Assembly: GCA_051867165.1 (NCBI GenBank)
Contig: JBJDYI010000272.1
Location: forward strand, 1,341-65,340
Direction: 5' to 3'
DNA: 64,000 bases
From: Faecousia sp.
Lineage (GTDB): Bacteria; Bacillota; Clostridia; Oscillospirales; Oscillospiraceae
Shown: positions 28,487 through 39,067 of the stretch, in pieces
Layout: each line of letters opens with the position of its first letter
Position numbering within the stretch: the stretch's first letter is position 1
Program-made: the position numbers and the translations under genes
Notes under the pieces: generated by a model
What the model was told of the DNA's origin: nothing
Databases searched by the model: none
The model's input: the letters and a program-made list of their open reading frames with translations, nothing else

Positions 28487-28942
28487 ATGAACCGGGATGT
28501 GAATTATACCTTTGTGGCCCAGCGTCTTATGGCCCGAACCGATGGGATCCCTTATGAAACAGCCAATCTGGCCAATACTTCCGCCCTACTGTGGCAATAT
28601 CTGCCGCAGATCAATTGGGTGGGCTTTTATAAAATGACAGAGGGAATTCTGGTGCTGGGACCCTTTCAGGGAAAACCTGCCTGCGTGAAAATCCCTGTGG
28701 GACAAGGCGTCTGCGGCACCGCTGTGGCAGAGGACCAGGTGCAGCTTGTCTATGACGTCCATGATTTTCCTGGCCATATCGCCTGCGACAGTGTCTCCAA
28801 TTCCGAGATCGTGCTGCCCATCCATAAAAACGGGGAAATCTGGGGCGTTCTGGATATTGACAGTCCCGTTGTGGGACGTTTTACGGAAGCAGACCGGGAA
28901 GGCCTTTCCAAAATTGTGGCCATTGTGGAGAAATTCCTATAA
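28487..28942 (+). CDS. msrC: GAF-domain free methionine-R-sulfoxide reductase
   Basis: NWVGFY, LGPFQGKPAC, GVCG, HIACD, SEIV, LDIDS. Confidence 0.9.
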   Translation: MNRDVNYTFVAQRLMARTDGIPYETANLANTSALLWQYLPQINWVGFYKMTEGILVLGPFQGKPACVKIPVGQGVCGTAVAEDQVQLVYDVHDFPGHIACDSVSNSEIVLPIHKNGEIWGVLDIDSPVVGRFTEADREGLSKIVAIVEKFL

Positions 28943-28949
28943 ACGCTAC

Positions 28950-29005
28950 TACCTATTGACAAAGTAGGTAAGTCATGGTAATATTACCCACAGATTTAGT
29001 AGGTA
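28950..29005 (+). promoter_or_regulatory. Tandem Rrf2/IscR-type operators overlapping the iscS promoter
   Basis: TACCTA-N9-TAGGTA 28950-28970 (contains TTGACA) and TACCCA-N9-TAGGTA 28985-29005. Confidence 0.75.
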
Positions 29006-29025
29006 AAACTTTGGAGGTATTCTCT

Positions 29026-30216
29026 ATGTTCGTTTATGCTGACAATGCGGCAACCACGGCCATGAGCCGGACGGCCATCGATGCCATGCTGCCTTATTTC
29101 GATACTGTTTTTGGCAATCCTTCCAGCCTCCACACGGTAGGTCAAGTGGCCAAGGAAGCCCTGGATGCAGCCCGCAAGACTGTGGCGGACTGCCTGGGAT
29201 GCGAGCCCCGGGAGATCATTTTCACCTCCGGCGGCAGCGAGGCTGACAATCAGGCCATCCTGTCTGCCGCCCGCCTTGGCGCCAAGAAAGGCAAGAAGCA
29301 CATCATTTCCACTGCCTTCGAGCATCACGCCGTGCTGCATACGCTGCAGAAGCTGGAAAAGGAAGGCTATGAAGTCACTTACCTGAGTGTAAACAACCCT
29401 AATCACAACATTTCTGCCCAGCAAGTGAAGGATGCCATCCGGGAGGATACCTGCCTGGTGACCACCATGTATGCCAACAATGAGATCGGCTCTGTGCTGC
29501 CCATCCCTGAGATCGGCGCCATCTGCCAGGAAGCCGGGATTCCCTTCCACACCGATGCGGTTCAGGCCGTTGGTCACATCAAGATCAACGTGAAGGAGCA
29601 GAACATCGATATGCTGAGCCTGTCTGCCCATAAGTTCCACGGCCCCAAGGGTGTGGGTGCCCTGTATGTCCGCAAGGGTTTCCCCCTGGTGAACGTCATT
29701 GAAGGCGGCGCCCAGGAGCGGGGCAAGCGAGCCGGCACCGAGAACATCGCCGGTATCTGCGGCATGGCGGCAGCCATGAAGGAAGCCTGCGACAACATTG
29801 ACACCAATATGCCCAAAGTGGCTGCCATGCGGGACAAGCTGATTGAAGGTCTGAGCCAGATTCCCCACTGCGCCCTCAACGGTGACCGGGTGAACCGGCT
29901 GCCCAACAACGTCAGCTTCTGCTTCGAGGGCATCGAAGGGGAGAGCCTGCTGCTGTATCTGGATGCCAATGGTATCTGTGCGTCGTCCGGCTCCGCCTGC
30001 ACCTCCGGCAGTCTGGATCCCAGCCATGTGCTGCTGGCCATTGGCCGGGTCCACGACGTGGCCCATGGCTCCCTGCGTCTTTCCCTCAGTGATTACAACA
30101 CCATGGAGGAGATGGACCACATCCTGACGGTGGTCCCCCAGGTGGTGCAGCTGCTACGGAACATGAGCCCTGTGTGGCGTGATCTGCAGACCGGCAAGAG
30201 AACCTATATTCTGTAA
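29026..30216 (+). CDS. iscS: Cysteine desulfurase
   Basis: YADNAATT, HTDAVQ, SAHKFHGPKG, SSGSACTS. Confidence 0.97.
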   Translation: MFVYADNAATTAMSRTAIDAMLPYFDTVFGNPSSLHTVGQVAKEALDAARKTVADCLGCEPREIIFTSGGSEADNQAILSAARLGAKKGKKHIISTAFEHHAVLHTLQKLEKEGYEVTYLSVNNPNHNISAQQVKDAIREDTCLVTTMYANNEIGSVLPIPEIGAICQEAGIPFHTDAVQAVGHIKINVKEQNIDMLSLSAHKFHGPKGVGALYVRKGFPLVNVIEGGAQERGKRAGTENIAGICGMAAAMKEACDNIDTNMPKVAAMRDKLIEGLSQIPHCALNGDRVNRLPNNVSFCFEGIEGESLLLYLDANGICASSGSACTSGSLDPSHVLLAIGRVHDVAHGSLRLSLSDYNTMEEMDHILTVVPQVVQLLRNMSPVWRDLQTGKRTYIL

Positions 30217-30236
30217 TAATAAGGAGATTTACCGAT

Positions 30237-30665
30237 ATGGCACTGTACAGCGAAAAAGTAATGGACCATCTGATGCACCCCCGGAATGTGGGCATCATTG
30301 AGGACGCCGACGGCATTGGCGAAGTTGGCAACGCCAAGTGCGGCGACATTATGAAAATCTATCTGAAGATCGATAACGACATCATCACGGATGTGAAGTT
30401 TGAAACCTTCGGCTGCGGCTCCGCCATTGCATCTTCCTCCATGGCCACGGAAATGATCAAGGGCAAGTCCATCCATGATGCCATGTCCCTGACCAACCAG
30501 GCGGTCACCGAGGCCCTGGACGGCCTGCCTGCCGTGAAAATTCACTGCTCCGTTCTGGCAGAGGAAGCCATTAAGAATGCCCTGCGGGATTACTATGAGA
30601 AGAACGGTATCCCCTACGACAAGAGTCAGTTCCCCGACTGCGAGCTGTGCGGTCACTGCCACTAA
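30237..30665 (+). CDS. iscU: Fe-S scaffold NifU/IscU
   Basis: GNAKCGD, FGCGSAIAS, KIHCS. Confidence 0.97.
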   Translation: MALYSEKVMDHLMHPRNVGIIEDADGIGEVGNAKCGDIMKIYLKIDNDIITDVKFETFGCGSAIASSSMATEMIKGKSIHDAMSLTNQAVTEALDGLPAVKIHCSVLAEEAIKNALRDYYEKNGIPYDKSQFPDCELCGHCH

Positions 30666-30671
30666 AAGCCC

Positions 30672-31091
30672 ATGATCGTATCGACCAAGGGACGGTATGC
30701 CCTGCGGGTGATGGTGCGTTTTGCCCAGCAGGGCGGGGAGGAATATATTCCGCTGAAGGAAATCGCGGAAGCGGAGGACATTTCCCAGAAGTATCTGGAA
30801 TCCATCATGACGGTGCTTTCCAAGGCAGGCTTTGTGGATGCGGTCCATGGCAAGGGCGGTGGTTACCGTCTGAACCGCAAGCCAGAGGAATACACCATCG
30901 GCAGCATCCTGAAGCTGACGGAGGGCAGCCTCGCGGCCGTGTCCTGCACATCCCAGGGGGCTGCGGCCTGCTCCCGGACGGAGTGCTGCCAGGCCAAGCC
31001 CATGTGGGAGCGGCTGGATAAGCTCATCAATGATTTCTTTGAAAACATCACCCTGGCGGATCTTTTGAAGGACGGCAGTAAGGAATTCTAA
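30672..31091 (+). CDS. Rrf2-family regulator (IscR-like, three Cys)
   Basis: STKGRYALR, YLESI, GKGGGY, C-x6-C-x5-C. Confidence 0.92.
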   Translation: MIVSTKGRYALRVMVRFAQQGGEEYIPLKEIAEAEDISQKYLESIMTVLSKAGFVDAVHGKGGGYRLNRKPEEYTIGSILKLTEGSLAAVSCTSQGAAACSRTECCQAKPMWERLDKLINDFFENITLADLLKDGSKEF

Positions 31092-31132
31092 TAGCAACAG
31101 CCCCGATGGAAATTCCATCGGGGCTGATCATT

Positions 31133-32128
31133 TTACATCTGGAAGATATTTCCAAGTACCACGCCGGTTTCTTTTTCCCGGGGTTTCAGAGCATTGTAGA
31201 CCTGGGCATATATGACTTCAATATAATTGCGCAGGAAGAAGCAGGCAGCAAACTGGGCGGCCAGGAACAGGGCATAGAACACAAAATAACTGACATCTGC
31301 CGACCAGGGAAGTGAAATGCCTGCCATGGACAGCAGCACATCGCCGTAGCACAGCATCATGGAACCCGCACTGATGGCATACCACCACCAAAGGCGGAGA
31401 TCCAACTGGAACAGGCGGAAGCGGTTGCCCTTCATCATGGCTCTGCTTTCCTGGATGGCGTATATGGCGCCGCGGCCAGGCTTGTCGATGATCACATATC
31501 TGGCCATCCGCAGGGAATAGCTGATGCGAAGGACGAAAATCAAGTACAGCACACCGAAAATCAGCAGCAGGGGAAGCATGGCGAGCATCATTTCGCTGAC
31601 CAGGGCTTCATCCAGCATCAGGGTGTCCAGGGTAAACCCGGGCTCAGAAAGAACGGGCAGCAAAAGCTCCGTGACGGGTCTGGACAGCGGGGTGATAAAG
31701 TAGATCTGTGCGGTGACCCAGAACAACACGAAGCCCACCAGGGTGTAGATGCCGCTCAGCAGCAGGGAGTAGCGCAGCATGACCCAGAACCGGTCAAAGC
31801 CCAGCTTCAGGGTCTGTTCGGAAGCATATTGCTGCCGGGCGAGGCGCAGCATGGCTGCAATATAACCCAGCTCCAGGCACATGACCAGAAGACTCTGGAT
31901 CATGGGCAGCATGGTTTGGATGGTGGAAAGGATAGTCCGCAGACCCATGTTGCTTAAACCGCCGGTTTGGGCAATCTGCAACTTCAGCGCATAGTTGACC
32001 AGGGTCACCAGAACCGCCAGAGCGGTAATGATGCCGGCATAGACCAGCACAATCCGCTGGCTTTGCGGGGCGTCGGCCAACCGTTCCGAGGCATTTTTCT
32101 TTAATATTTTAAAACTGGGGATCGTCAT
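31133..32128 (-). CDS. DUF975-like membrane protein
   Basis: Multiple TMs; YSLRMARY...AIQESRAMMKGNRFRLFQLDL. Confidence 0.75.
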   Translation of the reverse strand: MTIPSFKILKKNASERLADAPQSQRIVLVYAGIITALAVLVTLVNYALKLQIAQTGGLSNMGLRTILSTIQTMLPMIQSLLVMCLELGYIAAMLRLARQQYASEQTLKLGFDRFWVMLRYSLLLSGIYTLVGFVLFWVTAQIYFITPLSRPVTELLLPVLSEPGFTLDTLMLDEALVSEMMLAMLPLLLIFGVLYLIFVLRISYSLRMARYVIIDKPGRGAIYAIQESRAMMKGNRFRLFQLDLRLWWWYAISAGSMMLCYGDVLLSMAGISLPWSADVSYFVFYALFLAAQFAACFFLRNYIEVIYAQVYNALKPREKETGVVLGNIFQM

Positions 32129-32272
32129 GGGAACCTCCAAATATCATCAGTTAATTATTACTGTTATAAACCAAATCGGTGAAAATAGCAAATGAATTTT
32201 TTGTAACAGTAGAAAAAGAAGAACAAATATGGTATCATGAGGTAAATATGAATTACCCGGGAGGAAGAAAGC

Positions 32273-33073
32273 ATGGATTTGGGAGAAAAACTGCGGCAGG
32301 CCCGACAGGAAGCGGGATTGTCCCAACGGCAGTTGTGCGGTGATGTGATCACCCGGAATATGCTGTCCCAGATTGAGCATGGCACCGCCCGCCCTTCCAT
32401 GGACACCCTGCGGTATCTGGCGGGGAGACTGGGAAAGCCCATGAGCTTTTTCCTGGAAGAAGATGTGGTGACTTCTCCCAATCAGACGCTGATGCTGGGG
32501 GCCAGGGAAGCCTACGCCACCGGAGCCGTGGGAGAGGCCAGAGCGCTGCTGCAAGAATTCCACCTGCCGGATCCGCTGCTGGAATGGGAATGGACCTATC
32601 TGTCTGTGGTGACCGCCATGGAAGCGGCCCGTCAGGCCATGGCAGAAGGGAAGCATCTCTATGCGCGGCAGCTTTTGGAAGAGGCCGGGACATTGGGGCC
32701 TGGCTTTCCGGAGCTGGAACGGCAGCGGTTGCTGCTTCTGGGAAAAATGCCGGAGGCACCATTGCCGGAGCTGGTCCGGCAGTTACCCTCTTTGGACGAA
32801 GAATTGCTGCTTCGGGCAGAGGCGGCGCTGGCGGAAGGACGGTTCCAGCGGGCGGAAAGGCTTTTGGAAGCGGCAGAGGACCGGCAGACACCCCGCTGGC
32901 ATCTGCTCCGGGGCCGGGCCATGATGCTGGGAAACCGGTTTTGCGAAGCGGCACAGAATCTGGAGAAGGCGGAAAGGTCCTTCCCGGAACGATGCTGGCC
33001 GCTGCTGGAAGTGTGTTTCCGGGAACTGGGAGATTACCAGAAGGCCTATCTTTATGCCTGCAAGCAACGATAA
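32273..33073 (+). CDS. XRE HTH regulator with TPR-like C-terminus
   Basis: LGEKLRQAR...LSQRQL...MLSQIEHG..PS followed by helical repeats. Confidence 0.85.
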   Translation: MDLGEKLRQARQEAGLSQRQLCGDVITRNMLSQIEHGTARPSMDTLRYLAGRLGKPMSFFLEEDVVTSPNQTLMLGAREAYATGAVGEARALLQEFHLPDPLLEWEWTYLSVVTAMEAARQAMAEGKHLYARQLLEEAGTLGPGFPELERQRLLLLGKMPEAPLPELVRQLPSLDEELLLRAEAALAEGRFQRAERLLEAAEDRQTPRWHLLRGRAMMLGNRFCEAAQNLEKAERSFPERCWPLLEVCFRELGDYQKAYLYACKQR

Positions 33074-33149
33074 ATCATGGTGCGATGAAGCCCCCGCTGA
33101 CATAGCGGGGGCTTTCGAATTGCTGAAAAATCCCTTCGGGCTTTGGGTG

Positions 33150-34634
33150 TTATGCGGCGTCAGCGGTGGTCTCCGCAACTGTTTCAGTCGGGACTTGCGC
33201 TGCCTCGGTGGCGAACTTCTCCGGGAAGAAGGCCAGGTCATAGTAGTACTGTTCCCGCTGCTCATACTGCTGCTGCAGCCAGGTCTGGCACTTTGTCAGT
33301 CCCTCTTCCACAATGGCCATGGTCCGTGCGTGGGAATTTTTGGCGGCCTGAACGGTGTGCTCCTTCATGTTGAACTCTTCCATCCAGCCGTCGGCTTCGT
33401 CAATGTGCAGGGGCAGCATGTTGTATTCGTTGCCGGTGCCGTCGTTGCGGAGGTAGACCCAGACCGGCAGCAGATCGGTGCTTTCCAGATACACGGATCC
33501 ATCGGAATACTTGGAGAAGGTGACGCTGAACAGCACACCGTCCTCCGTGTGGGCGGTGGAGATGGAATCCAGCTTGCCCTGCCGCTGGTTGGACACGGCG
33601 TTGCCCATGGAGTAAAGGGTGACCATTTTATGCTCCGGGTCCACGGTGCTCTCCAGCAGATCCATGGGCTGCACCACATGGGGATGGCCGCCAATCAGCA
33701 CATCCACACCCAGATCGCAGACCTTCTGGGCCATCTGCTTCTGGACATCGTTGGCTTGCAGCTGATATTCGTTGCCCCAGTGTAGATACACAATGGTGGC
33801 ATCGGCTCCGGCTTCTTCCATCTCCTCCAGATAGCCATCCAGCTCGGCATAGAAGGCATCCAGATTGTTGTAGGTGAAGTAATTGCAAAGTCCTGCTTCG
33901 GCAATGGCAGCATTGTCATTGAGCCGGGGACGGCCATCTACAACACCGGTGGCATAGGTGTAACAAACCATACCAATGTTGATTCCATTGATCTCCTGAA
34001 TGGTCCAATGGGTCTCGTCAGCGGAGGTGTAGGTACCCAGCGTTTCCATACCGGCTCCCCGAACCACTTCCAGCGTGCGCTTGAAGCCCACCAGGGTGGT
34101 GTCGTAGCTGTGGTTGTTGGCGGTGAGGAGCATATCGAAGCCGGCGGTCTTGGCGCTGTCCACGATGGCATCGGGGCAGTTGAACCGGGGATAACCCTGA
34201 TAGGGAATACCGCTTTCGGTGCCGGCCAGCGTGACCTCCAGATTTGCCACAGCGTAATCTGCGGCGGTGACATCCTCAGCGATATACTTGAAAATAGAAT
34301 CAAAGTTGTAGGAGCCGCCGCTCAGGCCGGTGTCGATGACTGGTTTGTGCATCAGCACGTCACCGGTGGAGACGATGGTGGCCGTGGCGACCACGTGCTC
34401 CGGCACCGGCAGGGTGGTTTCCGGGGGGGCTTCGGTGGCTTCCGATTCCGGGGTAGCAGTGGTGGGAAGCTGAATGGTGCTGCCCTGGGTGGGCCGGCTT
34501 TCGGGCGTTTTGTGGACGATGTCCAGGGACAGCTTGATCATGAAGGCACTGCCTGCAATGAAAGCCAGTATCATCAGAATCAAAACCACAATGGTCCCCG
34601 TGTGGCGGGGTGCCTGGGAATGTTTGCGGGACAT
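33150..34634 (-). CDS. CapA-family metallophosphoesterase
   Basis: GDVLMH, NLE, ANNHSYD, LHWGNEY, GGHPHV, YSMGN; N-terminal TM. Confidence 0.92.
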   Translation of the reverse strand: MSRKHSQAPRHTGTIVVLILMILAFIAGSAFMIKLSLDIVHKTPESRPTQGSTIQLPTTATPESEATEAPPETTLPVPEHVVATATIVSTGDVLMHKPVIDTGLSGGSYNFDSIFKYIAEDVTAADYAVANLEVTLAGTESGIPYQGYPRFNCPDAIVDSAKTAGFDMLLTANNHSYDTTLVGFKRTLEVVRGAGMETLGTYTSADETHWTIQEINGINIGMVCYTYATGVVDGRPRLNDNAAIAEAGLCNYFTYNNLDAFYAELDGYLEEMEEAGADATIVYLHWGNEYQLQANDVQKQMAQKVCDLGVDVLIGGHPHVVQPMDLLESTVDPEHKMVTLYSMGNAVSNQRQGKLDSISTAHTEDGVLFSVTFSKYSDGSVYLESTDLLPVWVYLRNDGTGNEYNMLPLHIDEADGWMEEFNMKEHTVQAAKNSHARTMAIVEEGLTKCQTWLQQQYEQREQYYYDLAFFPEKFATEAAQVPTETVAETTADAA

Positions 34635-34649
34635 GGGAGTTCCTCCTTC

Positions 34650-35810
34650 TTAGGAAAAAGAATCGGTCAAATAGTGAACCGTGTGGATGGTTTTTCCGCC
34701 GCTGGTATAGATCCGGGGGACCCGGCGGCTGATACCGGAGACGAATTCATAGTTAAAACTGTCAGCGGCGGCAGCGATTTCCTCCATGGTGATTTCCTCC
34801 TGGTCGAATTTTCCAACCAGAACCACCCGGTCATTGATGAGAACATCGGGGATGTGTGTCACGTCCACCATCATCTGATCCATGCAGATCCGCCCCAGGA
34901 TGGGAGCGCGCTGGCCATGGATGAGCACATGGAATTTCCCTGACAGGTTCCGGCGGTAACCATCGGCATAGCCCACGGGGATGGTGGCCACGGTGGTGGG
35001 GCGGGTGGTGACATAGGTGCCGCCATAGCTGATTTCCCGGCCGGCCGGCAGGGTTTTGACATGGGTGACCCGGCTGAGCCAGGTCAGGGCAGGCTCCAGC
35101 TTCAAAAGGGCTGGGGACACTTCCTGGCTGGGATACATGCCATAGGTGATAATGCCGGAACGCACCATTTCATAATGACGGCTGAAATTCATCAGGCCAG
35201 CCGAATTATCCAGATGCCGGATGGGAATGTGGACATTTCGTTCCTGGAGCATCTGGTAAAACCGGTCAAACAGGGCGGCTTGCTGCCGGGCCCGGCTGAG
35301 ATCGGCGCTGTCCGCTGTGGCAAAATGGCTGAAAATACCTTCGGCATGGAGACCGGGCAGGGCAGCGATTTTGGCGCAGACGTCCGCATCCTCCGGGGTC
35401 ACCTGAAAGCCGATGCGGCTCATGCCCGTGTCCACCGCCAGATGAAAATGGGCAATCAGGCCGATGTCCTGGGATGCCTCCGACAGGGCAAGGGCATCTT
35501 CGTACCGATAGATGGTGGGACGGATGTTTTCCATGATGGCAGTTGGGAACGCGTTGATGGGGGTCCGTCCCAGCACCAGAATGGGGGTGCGCAGACCGGC
35601 CCGCCGCAGTTCAATGGCCTCCAGAATGGAGCTGACACCAAAGAAGGCGCATTTGCGCTCCAGAAGGCGGGCAATTTGCACCGCGCCATGACCATAGGCA
35701 TCCGCTTTGATGACGGCCATCACCGGGACTCCGGCTTTCTCCTGGATGGCATCCATATTCCGGGAAATGGCGTCCAGGTCAATTTTGACCCGGGTATTGT
35801 CAAAATTCAT
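34650..35810 (-). CDS. alr: Alanine racemase
   Basis: AVIKADAYGHG, DTGMSRIG, PVGYADG, GRICMDQ. Confidence 0.97.
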   Translation of the reverse strand: MNFDNTRVKIDLDAISRNMDAIQEKAGVPVMAVIKADAYGHGAVQIARLLERKCAFFGVSSILEAIELRRAGLRTPILVLGRTPINAFPTAIMENIRPTIYRYEDALALSEASQDIGLIAHFHLAVDTGMSRIGFQVTPEDADVCAKIAALPGLHAEGIFSHFATADSADLSRARQQAALFDRFYQMLQERNVHIPIRHLDNSAGLMNFSRHYEMVRSGIITYGMYPSQEVSPALLKLEPALTWLSRVTHVKTLPAGREISYGGTYVTTRPTTVATIPVGYADGYRRNLSGKFHVLIHGQRAPILGRICMDQMMVDVTHIPDVLINDRVVLVGKFDQEEITMEEIAAAADSFNYEFVSGISRRVPRIYTSGGKTIHTVHYLTDSFS

Positions 35811-35967
35811 GGAAATCAACTCACTTAGTCATAGTTATACCCATTTTATCATAAAATTGATAGAAAGTAAAGAATGGCAGGAGAAAAAGCAGACTGAAAA
35901 GCCTGAGAGGTTTTTCAACAAACTGAGAAAAGGCGCTGCCATAGGCAGCGCCTTTTGTATGATCCAA

Positions 35968-36522
35968 TCAGCCCAGGATGGTGCCATCGGGATTGAACAA
36001 GGGAAGCTTTTCCAGGTAGATCAGGTCAGACCGATTCTGGGCATCGCCTTCGGCCAGAATGGCCATCCGGCCGCAGATCTCGCCGCCGGCTTTTTCAACC
36101 AGGGCTTCCAGTGCCTTCAGGCTTTCTCCGGTGGAGATGACGTCGTCCACCAGCAGAATCTTCTTGCCCTTCATCAGGGCAGCATCGGCGCCGTCCAGGT
36201 ACAGCTTCTGCTCCTTGGCGGTGGTGATGGAGTTGACGGACACGCTGAAAATGTCACGCATATACAGCTTGGGACCCTTCCGGGCCAGAATGTACTTGGC
36301 ATCGCCGTGCTGGCGGGCCATTTCGTGAGCCAGAGGGATGCCCTTGGCTTCGGCGGTGAGAATGTAGTCGTATTCCGGCGCCTTGGCCAGCAGATCCCGG
36401 GCGCAGGCCACGGTGAGTTCCTGATCGCCGAAGATGACAAAACCGGCAATATAGAGGGTATCGGTCACAGGGCAGATGGGTAGATCCCGCGTAAGACCCG
36501 CCACGTTCATTCTGTAATACAT
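35968..36522 (-). CDS. Adenine/purine phosphoribosyltransferase-like protein
   Basis: AEAKGIP, LARK, PRPP motif VDDVISTGES. Confidence 0.88.
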   Translation of the reverse strand: MYYRMNVAGLTRDLPICPVTDTLYIAGFVIFGDQELTVACARDLLAKAPEYDYILTAEAKGIPLAHEMARQHGDAKYILARKGPKLYMRDIFSVSVNSITTAKEQKLYLDGADAALMKGKKILLVDDVISTGESLKALEALVEKAGGEICGRMAILAEGDAQNRSDLIYLEKLPLFNPDGTILG

Positions 36523-36666
36523 GGGAAAACGCTCCTTTTCCATATAATTCTACAATAATTATACTACCGGAAGAAGAAAAGTCAAGATCGTCAGAAAGAA
36601 GATGGGGACTTGAAATTTTTCGGCAGGGAGGATATAATGAACGGAAAAAAGAAATGGAGAAATGAT

Positions 36667-37461
36667 ATGCTTGACATACTGGGAACCTTATCTGAAAACC
36701 ATCTGTTCCGCAATGCCTGTAAGGCCATGGTGATTCTGATCATCGGCATCCTGGCCATCCGGATTCTGGGAAAAATTCTCAAATCCACCCTGGAAAAATC
36801 CAAGCTGGAAAAGGCAGCCCATACCCTGGTCTCCTCCCTGGTCAGCGCCGTGCTGTATGTTTTGCTGGGTTTGATGGTGGCTTCCTCTCTGGGCATCGAT
36901 GTGACCAGCATTGTGGCCCTGGCCAGTGTGCTGACTCTGGCACTTTCCCTGGCACTGCAGAACATGGTATCCAACATCATCGGTGGATTTACCATTCTGT
37001 ATACCCAGCCCTTCCATTCCGGTGACTATGTGGAAATTGCAGGCCAGGCCGGCACCATCCAGGAAATCAACATGAGCTATACCAGGCTGACCACCCCGGA
37101 CAACAAGGTGATTTCCATTCCCAACAGCGCAGTGGTGGCGGCGCAGATCGTCAACTACTCGGCCGAGGAGATGCGTCGGGTGGATGTGGATGTGTCTGCC
37201 TCCTACGATGTGCCCACCCAGAAGGTCATTGACGCTCTGGTTCTGGCCGGCACTGTGGACAATGCCCTGCTGGACCCGGCCCCCCAGGCGGTGGTTGTGG
37301 GTTATGGAGAAAGCGCCATCCAGTACAGCCTGCGGATCTGGGTCAAGACCGCCGATTACTGGGATGTATACTTCCTGGTGAACCAGCGGGTGAAGCAAAT
37401 TCTCGACGAGCAGAATGTGGAGATGACCTATCCCCACCTGAATGTTCATATCCTTCCATAA
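36667..37461 (+). CDS. MscS small mechanosensitive channel
   Basis: LALQ..SN, PFHSGDYVEI, IPNS, NYS. Confidence 0.92.
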   Translation: MLDILGTLSENHLFRNACKAMVILIIGILAIRILGKILKSTLEKSKLEKAAHTLVSSLVSAVLYVLLGLMVASSLGIDVTSIVALASVLTLALSLALQNMVSNIIGGFTILYTQPFHSGDYVEIAGQAGTIQEINMSYTRLTTPDNKVISIPNSAVVAAQIVNYSAEEMRRVDVDVSASYDVPTQKVIDALVLAGTVDNALLDPAPQAVVVGYGESAIQYSLRIWVKTADYWDVYFLVNQRVKQILDEQNVEMTYPHLNVHILP

Positions 37462-37495
37462 CAAAAAATGCAGGGAGCTTTCTCCCTGCATTTTC

Positions 37496-37750
37496 TTATG
37501 GGATCAATTCCAGCAGAGCGAGGATCCCAATGCCGGGGAGTCCCAAAATCCCGGCAATGGCCACGCTGATGGCATTGATGGGAAGATAGATTCCTGTAAA
37601 TCCGGAGACGGTATTCAAAATCCAGAGGCATAAAAAACCGCAGACGGAATGGATGGCCAGCTTAAAAACAAGCTTCATGGGCAGAAGCAGCAGTCGGATC
37701 AGAAATACCGCCAGCAGGGCCGGAATCAGCAAAACAACAAAATTTTCCAT
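37496..37750 (-). CDS. bofA: Pro-sigmaK processing inhibitor BofA family
   Basis: 84 aa hydrophobic protein, G...L.ILN...LPIN......GILGLPG; RBS AGGAGG. Confidence 0.85.
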   Translation of the reverse strand: MENFVVLLIPALLAVFLIRLLLLPMKLVFKLAIHSVCGFLCLWILNTVSGFTGIYLPINAISVAIAGILGLPGIGILALLELIP

Positions 37751-38182
37751 AAAACCTCCTGTATAGAACGAAATATCCGGGGCAAGATAAGGCCGGACAG
37801 CAAAGGAAGAGGCGCTTGCTCCATGACGATGAAGAAAGACGTCCTTCCATACTGTCAAGGGTATCACCGCAATGCGCAGCGGCATGATGCGAAACGTCCA
37901 AAGAGGAATTGACATTCATTTCCCCCGGACAATGCGGGCGAGTGGGGAACAGCTTGCCTGCGTACATTCTGCCACAGAACAGATGAGAAAAAAGGAAAAC
38001 CGGAGTAGATGCTCCGGTTTTTTCTGTTGCTAGGGAGAAACAGGGCGCGCAGACACAACATCCTGTGTCCCGTCAAAAATTGGTTTGGAAATTGGGCGAA
38101 ATTCTCAGGGACTGTGCCGTTGAGAAAGGGGAGAACCTATGCTATAATGACTGTAATTGACGAAATTTGCGAGGAAAATACC

Positions 38183-39064
38183 ATGATCACAGAAGCGGTG
38201 AAGATTTCACAGGGGGACATGCAGAAGCTGCTGGCGGCGGCAAACGGAGATGCGGCACTGCTGTACCTGTTTTTAAGCAGCGGCAACCGGCCGGAAGAGG
38301 CCATGGACAGCTTACATATGAACGAATCCCGTCTGGCCTGTGCCGGGGCCACCCTACGGCAAATGGGATTGTGGCCTGATCTGCGGCCAAGCCACATTGC
38401 CCCGGGAGAACGGCCCAGCTACTCGGAACAGGATGTGCTGCGGGCCATGGACTCGGATTTTGATTTTCGGGGCCTTTACGGGGAAGTGCAGCGTCTGCTG
38501 GGTAGGTCCTTGAACACGGAGGAACTGAAAATCCTGCTGGGATTTGTGCGATATTTGGGCTTGCCGGGAGATGTGGTCTCGGTGCTGGTCTGTTACTGCA
38601 AGGACCGAGCCCGGCAGCGGGGCAGTTCCCGGAATCCCAGCCTGCGGACCATTGAAAAGGAGGCCTATGCCTGGGCCGAGCGGGGTATTGACACTGTGGA
38701 AGAGGCGGCCGCGTTTATCAGCGCCCAGAATATCCGCAATTCCCGGCTCCATCGGCTCATGGAGCAGCTGCAGATCCGGGGCCGGTCCCTGACTGCCGCT
38801 GAGGAGCGGTATGCCCAGAGCTGGATCGATATGGGCTTTGAGGAAGGGGTCATTGCCATGGCCTATGAGCGGACCTGCCTGAATACCGGCGGCCTGAACT
38901 GGGCCTACATGAACAAAATTTTGCAGCGGTGGCAGGAACAGGGGCTGCGGACCGTGGAGGCCATCCAGTCCGGCGATCAGAAGGGCGGCGTGCCCAAGGG
39001 GGCCAGCGGACAGCTGGGTCAGGCGGAACTGGACGCCATTCAGAGAATGTTACAGGAGGGATAA
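38183..39064 (+). CDS. DnaD-domain replication protein
   Basis: Two DnaD-like repeats (IEKEAYAW..RGI.T; YMNKILQRWQEQGLRT). Confidence 0.9.
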   Translation: MITEAVKISQGDMQKLLAAANGDAALLYLFLSSGNRPEEAMDSLHMNESRLACAGATLRQMGLWPDLRPSHIAPGERPSYSEQDVLRAMDSDFDFRGLYGEVQRLLGRSLNTEELKILLGFVRYLGLPGDVVSVLVCYCKDRARQRGSSRNPSLRTIEKEAYAWAERGIDTVEEAAAFISAQNIRNSRLHRLMEQLQIRGRSLTAAEERYAQSWIDMGFEEGVIAMAYERTCLNTGGLNWAYMNKILQRWQEQGLRTVEAIQSGDQKGGVPKGASGQLGQAELDAIQRMLQEG

Positions 39065-39067
39065 TCC

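Noticed and set aside
37751-38182. Roughly 430 bp intergenic region as SRP, 6S or another ncRNA, or a yaaL-like gene
   Set aside because: No SRP core motif or recognisable ORF; only a terminator-like hairpin at 37996-38023 and a promoter. It remains unexplained, but no call is supported.
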